The notes beneath the pieces are model-generated. The model was not told where the DNA came from. It ran no database searches and saw only the letters and a list, made by a program, of their open reading frames with translations. A stretch of DNA of 63,974 nucleotides, filler included, from an uncultured bacterium (GTDB taxonomy: Bacteria; Latescibacterota; UBA2968), in NCBI GenBank assembly GCA_964471275.1. It is 11 parts of 11 records of this genome, joined end to end, with 100 filler letters (N's around TTAATTAATTAA, not from the genome) between each part and the next. Parts side by side here need not be neighbours in the genome. Positions count along the whole stretch, not along the records: positions 18,708 to 24,803 come from CAYYGZ010000260.1; positions 24,904 to 30,963 come from CAYYGZ010000261.1; 9 more parts are not named here. The stretch is one strand, 5' to 3'. Below, one piece after another: positions 19,620 to 27,888 of this stretch (the first letter of the stretch is position 1; every line of letters starts with the position of its first letter). Both the position numbers and the translations under genes were made by a program.

Positions 19620-21992
19620 TCAATGCTCGAATCGAGCGACCTCCTCACCCTCCCTTACGACCGACACGCTGATTGAATTTTCCGTCTCCATCCCCTCCCA
19701 CGACAGCGCTCCCCCACCGTTCTCCTGCAGCAGGATCGTCGCTCGTCCCACGGTTGTCCCCATCACCAGTCCGTATCCACCGCCAATCGACTCGGCTTTC
19801 TCGATCGTTGCGGTCGCCGCGTCCCCCGACCGATACGGACGGATCACGGTCACAAAGGTCTGCGACTCCACCTTCTCTTCGGGTGTGTTGGTGAGATGAT
19901 ACTCCACAAGCTTGATCCGTGGTCTCGGCGGCGTGTCGAACCTGTCCGTCTGCGACATCGACAGATTCTGAGGCCACAGAAAGTCGACGTCACAGGCCGC
20001 CTTCCCGGCAACCACCCGTGCGCTAGAACCGTCCAGCACCATCTCTGTCGGGGCGTGCAGCCGCCATTCGAACGAGGAGGGGGCCGGTGCCTTGACCACA
20101 TCGTAGACGACGATCACGTCAGGCTTCAGGAACAGAATCCGTCTGGTGAACCGGTCGAGCTTCCCCTCGTATGCCTGCCCGGCTTCTCCCTCGACATAAT
20201 CGATCATCTCGGATGTGTGGAAGCCCGTCACCTCACCAATCGCATCCGCGGTCCGCTTTCCCTGGCCTTCACCGTCGACCGTGATACTGTTGACCGACTT
20301 CGTGTGCCACATCCACTCCTTGTGATGTTCGCTCCCGTAGCTGTCACGTCGACCTGTCCGGATGAGCAGACGCTCGCCGAACGCATACAGCAGGAACGCG
20401 TTGTTGGAGTCGTATCCGTGGCTCTGTGTACCAAAGGGGCTACTCTTGAACACGACCTCGACGTTATCCTTCGCATCCAGCAGATTCGTGTTCAGATACG
20501 CCTGACCGACGCCCTTGAACAGACGCGACGAGGGGAGGTCATCCGGCGCCTGCGGTTCCGCCTTCGGCAGTGCACCACGGATGTAGTCGACGTAGCCGTG
20601 CGGACGGTCCTCCTTCTCGTGGACATCCACATACCACTGCCAGTGTGGATTCCCGGCTTGCGCAGCCAGAATCCGAACCAGGTTCACGTTGTCCTCAGAT
20701 TCCCGGTGTGCGGTCAGATCGCCGAACCCGCCGCCGACCGTACCCGGTGGCTGCAGATACATCGCGTAATAGCCGACCTTCGAGTAATATGGCTTGTCGA
20801 ACGCGTTGATCCCCGTTGCGGCGCGCATAATGTCCGCCCACCACGTAAAGCGATGCTGATAGCTGTTCCAGTAGGCGGTGCCTTCGTGCCAGCCCCCATC
20901 ATCGTCATTCCACACAGGATAGGTATTGGCGAACACGTTCATCGCGAACCAGATCCACTCCTCAGCGCCTTCGACCTCCCCGAGGAACGTGATGCCGATC
21001 TCGCCCAGAAAATGCCATGCTCGGTTTGCGTGACTGCCGAACGGCCGCCAGAGATGACCTGGATTCAGATGGTCATTCATTTCGTCGCCTCGAATCTTCA
21101 TCAGACGACGGCAGACGTCTCGCTCTTCTTCGCTCAGGTAGTCATACAGATAGGTGTAGGTGCGGCAGAAAAAGTAGTTGTAGGGCATCCCGGCTTCGTC
21201 ATTGTAGCGATACCCGGCGGCTCCTTTCGGATCCCACTCGGCACACGCCAGCAGAATGCGCTTCGATTCAGCGGCATAGGCCTCGTTTCCATCAAGCTGC
21301 CACGTAAAGGCCAGCGTCGCTGCGCCATTCAAAACCTTCTGCGTGTAGCGTCTGTTTCCCCACCAGACTTCACGCCACTGGTCGCTTCCCCGCACCATAT
21401 CGTCGTCATACAGCAGTGGCTCCTCGACCGACAGCTGCTCTGCAAGCAGTTCATCACACTCTTTGATCAAGACAGCATAGTGTCTGCTCAGATCACCATT
21501 CTTTCGTACCCTCAGATCCGCCATATCCTCCGGTCTGATGAACAGACGGGGATGTGACTTTGGGATCCGATCCATCAGCTCTGCCTTCGGCGGCAGCGGC
21601 ATCTCGACAGCTCCCTCCGCTATAGAGAAGGATCGTGCCTGGCTCCAATCGGACTGCCCTTCGGAAGTGCTGAACAGAAAACGCCAGAAATACGGCCCTG
21701 GATCGAGCGTTTCTGTGGGTGTGTGCACATTGAAGACGATATCCTTCGCCTCGTATACCGGCGCTGAGAAACTGTCCGCCGCGGCAATCTGAATCTGATA
21801 GGTGACGGCGTCCTCCTGTGGGCGCCACGACAGATTTGGCGGGTTCATCGCACACGCTTCGTCTCTCCCGGGTCTGAACCCCCAGCGTCCGGGTTCTCCT
21901 TCACGCTCGTCGACCGGCCCTGCGTGCGCCATCCCTACGAACACGAAGAGCAACATCGAAACCACCATCATCGTGCCATCTATCCCTGTCAT
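19620..21992 (-). CDS. Heparinase II/III-family polysaccharide lyase with DUF4962-like N-terminal domain
   Basis: 790 aa; signal peptide; NPPNLSW, SHPRLF, DGGWHEG..YW, FGD, FKSSPFGTQSH, HTKSVNSITVDG. Confidence 0.82.
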   Translation of the reverse strand: MTGIDGTMMVVSMLLFVFVGMAHAGPVDEREGEPGRWGFRPGRDEACAMNPPNLSWRPQEDAVTYQIQIAAADSFSAPVYEAKDIVFNVHTPTETLDPGPYFWRFLFSTSEGQSDWSQARSFSIAEGAVEMPLPPKAELMDRIPKSHPRLFIRPEDMADLRVRKNGDLSRHYAVLIKECDELLAEQLSVEEPLLYDDDMVRGSDQWREVWWGNRRYTQKVLNGAATLAFTWQLDGNEAYAAESKRILLACAEWDPKGAAGYRYNDEAGMPYNYFFCRTYTYLYDYLSEEERDVCRRLMKIRGDEMNDHLNPGHLWRPFGSHANRAWHFLGEIGITFLGEVEGAEEWIWFAMNVFANTYPVWNDDDGGWHEGTAYWNSYQHRFTWWADIMRAATGINAFDKPYYSKVGYYAMYLQPPGTVGGGFGDLTAHRESEDNVNLVRILAAQAGNPHWQWYVDVHEKEDRPHGYVDYIRGALPKAEPQAPDDLPSSRLFKGVGQAYLNTNLLDAKDNVEVVFKSSPFGTQSHGYDSNNAFLLYAFGERLLIRTGRRDSYGSEHHKEWMWHTKSVNSITVDGEGQGKRTADAIGEVTGFHTSEMIDYVEGEAGQAYEGKLDRFTRRILFLKPDVIVVYDVVKAPAPSSFEWRLHAPTEMVLDGSSARVVAGKAACDVDFLWPQNLSMSQTDRFDTPPRPRIKLVEYHLTNTPEEKVESQTFVTVIRPYRSGDAATATIEKAESIGGGYGLVMGTTVGRATILLQENGGGALSWEGMETENSISVSVVREGEEVARFEH

Positions 21993-22023
21993 CTGTGTGT
22001 TCTCCTGTAGATCCTGGGCCTAC

Positions 22024-22052
22024 TTGACACTACCCATCACGACGAGTATGTT
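22024..22052 (+). promoter_or_regulatory. Sigma70-type promoter
   Basis: TTGACA-17 nt-TATGTT, 9 nt before ATG 22062. Confidence 0.6.
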
Positions 22053-22061
22053 CCGCGCGCA

Positions 22062-22748
22062 ATGACCACGATCGATCGCCAAAAAGTCGTCTTGAAAGCC
22101 GACGACATCCGGGAACACCCGAAGGATGTGCTTCCACTCGGATGGTCACGGTTCATCGACTACATTGCCGATGCCGATGTTACGGCTGCGCTCGGCCTGA
22201 TCGGCAACTCCCTGGCCGGCCCGTCAACCGCCTACGTGAGTCGGCTGACCGACCTGGCAGCCGACAGTCGTTTCGAATTCTGGAACCACGGGTTCGACCA
22301 CGTGCTGAATCACAAGCGGGAAGACGGATCGCGTTACTCCGAATTCCACAATACCTCCTTCGAGCACCAGCATCATCATCTGAGCGAGACACAGCGTCTT
22401 GCGAAGGATCGACTCGGGCTAACGCTCACCACCTTCGGTGCTCCCGGAAACCACATCGACGACAACACGCTGCCCGCTGTTGACGAAGATCCCGACCTGA
22501 CCACGTGGTTGTATGGTGACCCGCGCTCCAAGAAACGGATACTTGAGCGGACGATCAACGTCGAACATCCAGTGCATCATCCCGATTTCGAAGCCTTCAG
22601 CGCATCCTACCGCGCAGATATCCCCCTGATGACCCTCCAACTGCATCCGAGCGGGTGGGACGACCGCAAATTCGAAAACTTCCGCTCCATCGTGTCCTTC
22701 TTGAAGGAACACGATTGTCTCTTCATCAACCCGCATTTCGTTGTCTAG
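22062..22748 (+). CDS. Polysaccharide deacetylase-like (NodB/DUF2334-type) protein
   Basis: VVLKADD, EFWNHGFDH, TFGAPGN, LQLHP motifs. Confidence 0.72.
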   Translation: MTTIDRQKVVLKADDIREHPKDVLPLGWSRFIDYIADADVTAALGLIGNSLAGPSTAYVSRLTDLAADSRFEFWNHGFDHVLNHKREDGSRYSEFHNTSFEHQHHHLSETQRLAKDRLGLTLTTFGAPGNHIDDNTLPAVDEDPDLTTWLYGDPRSKKRILERTINVEHPVHHPDFEAFSASYRADIPLMTLQLHPSGWDDRKFENFRSIVSFLKEHDCLFINPHFVV

Positions 22749-22864
22749 GTGGTTCGAGTGGACAGCATACCCTCACAAACCGTCGTAGAGCAATTCAGGA
22801 ATAAGAGATACCCCGATCTCCTTCCCACCCCCGACCCCCGACATCCCATACGCCCGGGTATCCG

Positions 22865-24286
22865 GTGTCGGGTGTGGGGGATGGAAGAAAGCCACACGCT
22901 TTGATCTCCTTTACGGCCATCGGTACTTCGCGCGATGTCGGTGATTCAGCCTATCTGATTCAGGCAGACGGTACGTCTGTACTCCTTGACGCAGGTGTTC
23001 ACCCTCGCAGGGAGGGTGTTGACAGTCTGCCGGACTACGGCCTCATCAGGGATGTCGAGATCGAGGCCATCCTGGTCTCGCACTGCCATCTCGACCATCT
23101 GGGGTCGCTCCCGGTAGCCCTCAGCTACTTCCCGCACGCGCGGGTGATGATGACCGATGCTTCGGCCAGCCTTGCCCCGATCCTCCTGAAGCAGACGGTC
23201 CGGGTAATGGAACGCATCCGGGACGAGGAAGGCATCGCCGAGTATCCGCTCTATACCAAGACCGATGTCGAAGCGATGTCTTACATCTTCCAAGGATTCC
23301 GAACGGATCGCAGTTTCCCGATCTACAGCGAACAGGCGGAAGGCGGGGCGGATTTCCAGGCACGGTTCTACGATGCGGGTCACATCCTGGGTGCTGCCGG
23401 TATCTACCTGGAGACGCCGTCGGGCAACGTGTTCTACACGGGGGACACGACCGCACACGATCAGGAAATCATCCCGAAAGCGGAGTATCCGGAAGGCAGG
23501 GCGGATGTGCTGATCTCCGAGTGCACTCTCGGAGCGGATGAGCAGTCGGAGCATCGAACGCGAAGGCAGGAGAAGGAGCGATTCGCCACGGCCGTGACCA
23601 CGGTGGTCGATCGCGGAGGGAGTGTCCTCATCCCCGCCTTCTCGCTCGGCAGGACGCAGGAAATGCTAGCGATGGTCCACGCGATGCGGGAACGGGGCAC
23701 CATCCCGGATGTGGAGATCTATACGGCCGGAATGGGGGAAGTGCTGTCGGAAGTCTACGACCGGACGGCGACAAGAACGCGGCGAATGGACCCGGAGATG
23801 CGTCTGCGTGATCTCGACATCAGACCCTTACCGAGAGACGTAACCAAAGGCGCCCACCTGAAGCGACCGAGCATCATCATCGTTTCCTCCGGAATGATGG
23901 CCGAACACACAATGTCCTTCCAGATGGCAGAGAAGATGCTCCCCTACGATCACCACGGGATCTTCTTCGTCGGCTACATCGACCCGGCGATGCCGGGCCA
24001 TCGCGTTGTGGCCTCTCACAAGGGGCAGATCCTCAGGATGACGGAAGCTGGCAGATCGATACCCGTCGCCTGTCGGGTCGAGCGTTTCCACTTCTCCGCT
24101 CACTCTAATCGTAGACAGCTGATGGGAATGATCGAGGATCTGAAGCCTCGCTGGACCCTCCTCGTGCACGGCGAACTCGAAGCCGCAGAGTGGTTCAGAC
24201 GCGAGATCCGTCAGCGCGCGATCCCAACGGAGGTCATCATCCCGGAGGAGCAAAAAGAAATCCTCCTGTCTATACAGGAGGATTAG
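22865..24286 (+). CDS. Metallo-beta-lactamase/beta-CASP ribonuclease (CPSF73/YSH1-like); true start possibly TTG 22901
   Basis: LLDAG, SHCHLDHLGSLP, DAGHILGAA, YTGD, PAFSLGRTQE, SSGMM, FSAHS, LVHGE. Confidence 0.88.
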   Translation: MSGVGDGRKPHALISFTAIGTSRDVGDSAYLIQADGTSVLLDAGVHPRREGVDSLPDYGLIRDVEIEAILVSHCHLDHLGSLPVALSYFPHARVMMTDASASLAPILLKQTVRVMERIRDEEGIAEYPLYTKTDVEAMSYIFQGFRTDRSFPIYSEQAEGGADFQARFYDAGHILGAAGIYLETPSGNVFYTGDTTAHDQEIIPKAEYPEGRADVLISECTLGADEQSEHRTRRQEKERFATAVTTVVDRGGSVLIPAFSLGRTQEMLAMVHAMRERGTIPDVEIYTAGMGEVLSEVYDRTATRTRRMDPEMRLRDLDIRPLPRDVTKGAHLKRPSIIIVSSGMMAEHTMSFQMAEKMLPYDHHGIFFVGYIDPAMPGHRVVASHKGQILRMTEAGRSIPVACRVERFHFSAHSNRRQLMGMIEDLKPRWTLLVHGELEAAEWFRREIRQRAIPTEVIIPEEQKEILLSIQED

Positions 24287-24903
24287 GGCACATCACTAGA
24301 TGCATCGGCAGTTGCTCAGACGGAGGACCGCGTCACCGGTCGCCCTGCCTGCGCGCCGGAGCTTCCTGCGAAGGTGCGAGTGACCTCGTATCCAATCACT
24401 GTTCGGTTGCACGTACGCCAACAGATAGTCAGGTCGTATCGAAAGCCCGCCCCGAGCGAGAGCCGAGGGGGCAATCAGTTACGGAATATCGTCAGGAGTG
24501 ACGTGTTTCGCGTGGCGATGACCGGTTTCTGGATCACCGAAACTTGACGCAATATCAGGCACCGACGGATTATCTTTTCGACTTCAGTATGTGTACCGCG
24601 GCACCGGGCCGTGAAGACGTGTCGTTGTTGCCCTAGGGTTGCCACCCCAGGCTAATGATCAGTCGCCCCATCCGAGGCTCAAGCGGGCTCTCACCTAGTG
24701 TTCCCTGTGTGCTTCGCGGCAACACGCCTTTGTCTCGCTCTGCCCCTTCGTAGTGGTCCCCCCAAAGCGAGATGTTTTCAAGCTGCCATTAGAGTTGATT
24801 GATNNNNNNNNNNNNNNNNNNNNNNNNNNNNNNNNNNNNNNNNNNNNTTAATTAATTAANNNNNNNNNNNNNNNNNNNNNNNNNNNNNNNNNNNNNNNNN
24901 NNN

Positions 24904-26072
24904 TGGCGTTCAGACGCCGATTCTTGTCGGGGCCAAGCTCGCGGGAAAGGTCGGCAAAACAGGTATTGGTGCGCTAAATGTTCTCACGGAAGAGGCCTCT
25001 TTGCTGAGCGACGGCGACACCCTCCGAGTTTTTAAGAAAAATTACTCTGTTGCACGTGTACGACGAGATGTGATGCAAAAATCCGCTGTGGGGATGATGT
25101 TGGTAAACAAACAATCGGCAGACGGAAAAGGAGGCTGGGCCGCATATAACCGCTCAGCAGGCGTAGACTTCACCTGGGGCCGCAGTCGCAGCAACTTGAC
25201 TCTGACTGGTTTTTTTGCTCGGACTTGTGATTCGGTTGAAAACATCGTCGGAGATGCGGGTTACCTGGATCTGAGGTACTCAGGGAAGAAATTGAACTAT
25301 CGTGCGAAATTTCTTCAGCTGGATAGTGGGTTCAGCCCTTCGGTGGGATTTGTAAATCGTCGGGGTGATTTGGCAGGACTACGCCGCTACAACGTCGATT
25401 CGTGGACTCGATTCACGCTCGGATGGGGAGACCTTTACACGGGGCCAGTAATGCAGGCATTTACAGACCTAAATGACGATCTGAAGTTTCTTTCTGTCAG
25501 ATGGAGAGGTTTCTGGAAGCTCAGAAGCGGAGATTGGTCACAGGTCCCACGGGGTTTATACTGAAGACACTGTAAATGCGTCATTCTCCCCATCAAGAAA
25601 GCATTCGGAAATAACGATACCGCAGGGCACTTATAAATTCACGACGATGGAAATTGGGCCGAACTTTAGCCAAAAACGCAAACTTGCCAGCGATATCATG
25701 CTGAAGCTTGGGAGTTACTACACGGGAAGGAAGTATTCTCTGATCGCAAAGAGCCGTTTCAGCCCCTTGGGCCGCTTTCTGGTCCAAGCGGATATCAACG
25801 CTAATTGGATCCAGTTACCTGGGGCCAATTTCAACATCACAACCGTGTCTGCGAGGGGTCTCTACTCATTTAATACAGACTTCTTCATCAAGTTATTTGC
25901 CCAATGGAACAATGACAAGGAAACTGCCGGGATCAATTTCCTCCTGAATTATCGGTACAAACCAGGAAGTGACTTATTCCTCGTCTACGACAACGGGTTC
26001 ACCGCAAATGATCGACTTCGCCAGAAAAACAGGACGATTCTTTTGAAACTAGCACACTTATTCCCATTATGA
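24904..26072 (+). pseudogene. DUF5916/CBM9-associated outer membrane protein, 3' part, frameshifted near 25550
   Basis: TPILVGAKLAGK..NYSVARVRRDV..GFSPSVGFV in one frame (ends 25564); YSFNTDFFIKLFAQWN..YRYKPGSDLFLVY in another. Confidence 0.6.
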
Positions 26073-26139
26073 GATATTAATTGCGGCAATTATTCACACG
26101 GAAAAGTATCTCATTTGAGACCCAGAAGAAGACAACGCT

Positions 26140-27888
26140 ATGATCGAAGGGCGAGCGCACCAACTCGGGATTCTCTTGGTCTCGGCCGTTCTGGTTTCCG
26201 CAACGCTGGCCACATTCTTTCCGCGAGTAAAGACTGTCTCTGGTGTAGTGAGTAATTCGTCGGGTTCAGCCGTGCCGGGAGCCATTGTCCGCGTCAAGGC
26301 TACCGGCACCTCCACTTTGACGGATGCCGATGGTCGTTTCACGCTCGAAGGCTTTGATCCAGCGATTCGCGTGCGAGTCACCTCCTGGCAGGAGGGGAGC
26401 TGTATTAGCGGTGTAGACGCTTGGCCCTGGACCCGGACCGTCAGGCTTGTGCTCCAGCCGTATCTCAAGTCGGACCGGACGGATTACGATTGGCAGCCGC
26501 CGACAACTCCGACGCGTTCGGTAGCGACAACCTGGCTCAAGCGGAGAAGTCTTGACGTCGCGGCGGCGGTTTCAGTTGATGGGCTCTACAGACCGTTGGC
26601 CGACTGGTTCGAGCTGGGTTGCCGGGACTGCCATTCCACAATCTACGGCGAATGGAATCAGAGTGCGCACGCCCAGGGCGTGAATAACATACGTTTCATG
26701 ACGATGTACAATGGCACGAGTATCGATGGCAGCCAGTCGCCTCCCACCCGCTTCGTGACCAGGCGGGACTACGGTCGCGTCTCAATCCCGCCAGATCCGA
26801 ATCGGTCGTATTTCGGTCCTGGTTACAAGCTCGACTTTCCATCGAACCCTGGCAACTGTGCGACTTGCCATCTCCCAACGTTGAAGGCAAAGAGCTCGCC
26901 GTATGCAGACTCCAATCACGCATCCGGCCTGGACTCCCAAGGGACGCATTGCGATTTCTGCCACAAGATTTCCAATGTCGTGCTGGAGCCAAAGACAGGA
27001 GCGCCATATGACAATAGACCAGGGATGTTAAGCATTGAGCTTACGCGGCCAGGCGTGGGCACAGACATCTTTTTCGGCCCTTATGACGACGTCGACTTCG
27101 GTCGTGATACATATCTTCCTTTAATTCAGGAGAGCGAAATTTGTGCGCCCTGTCATTCGGCAAGTTTCTGGCGTGTACCTATTTATGAGTCGTTCACCGA
27201 GTGGCAAGCCAGCACCTATTCGGCTGAAGGACAGACCTGCCAGACCTGTCATATGAGACCGGATGGCATTACCACGAACTTCGCACCGAGGCGTGGCGGC
27301 GTAGAGCGCGATCCTGATGACATTGCCACACACGCTTTCCCGGGCGCGAGCTCTAAAGCTCTGCTACAGGAGGCAGCAGAACTGGCCGTCAACACGACGC
27401 AAGCAAATGGCCAACTCGTAGTGGATGTGAGCGTTACGAATTCCAGGGCAGGCCATCATCTCCCAACAGGATCGCCGCTGCGGCAAATTTTCCTGGTTCT
27501 AACTGCGATCGATGAGCAAGGGCAAATGTTGCCGCTCGTAACCGGTCCTATGCTGCCTGATTGGGCTGGCGATCTAGAGGGTTTTCCGGGTGTTTACTTT
27601 GCGAAAATTCTCCAGCAAATCTGGACTGGCGAAATGCCGACAGCTTCCTATTGGACCCCTACACGCCTCGTCGAGGATACCCGTCTGCCTGCCCGCGTTA
27701 CCCGTTCTGCGCGCTTCACATTCATCTCGCCTCGCCTCGGCGGAACGACCATTTCAGCGCGTCTCATCTACCGGCGTGCCTACTATAGGCTTATGCAGCA
27801 GAAGAATTGGGACGTGGCCGACATCTTGATGGAAAATGAAGTGGTGAGCCTGGCTGATAGTGATTTTGGGAGGGAGTATTTGCAATGA
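26140..27888 (+). CDS. Penta-heme c-type cytochrome with N-terminal carboxypeptidase-regulatory-like domain
   Basis: Five CxxCH motifs (CRDCH, CATCH, CDFCH, CAPCH, CQTCH); W..SAHA; AGHHLPTGSPLR; signal/anchor helix. Confidence 0.88.
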   Translation: MIEGRAHQLGILLVSAVLVSATLATFFPRVKTVSGVVSNSSGSAVPGAIVRVKATGTSTLTDADGRFTLEGFDPAIRVRVTSWQEGSCISGVDAWPWTRTVRLVLQPYLKSDRTDYDWQPPTTPTRSVATTWLKRRSLDVAAAVSVDGLYRPLADWFELGCRDCHSTIYGEWNQSAHAQGVNNIRFMTMYNGTSIDGSQSPPTRFVTRRDYGRVSIPPDPNRSYFGPGYKLDFPSNPGNCATCHLPTLKAKSSPYADSNHASGLDSQGTHCDFCHKISNVVLEPKTGAPYDNRPGMLSIELTRPGVGTDIFFGPYDDVDFGRDTYLPLIQESEICAPCHSASFWRVPIYESFTEWQASTYSAEGQTCQTCHMRPDGITTNFAPRRGGVERDPDDIATHAFPGASSKALLQEAAELAVNTTQANGQLVVDVSVTNSRAGHHLPTGSPLRQIFLVLTAIDEQGQMLPLVTGPMLPDWAGDLEGFPGVYFAKILQQIWTGEMPTASYWTPTRLVEDTRLPARVTRSARFTFISPRLGGTTISARLIYRRAYYRLMQQKNWDVADILMENEVVSLADSDFGREYLQ

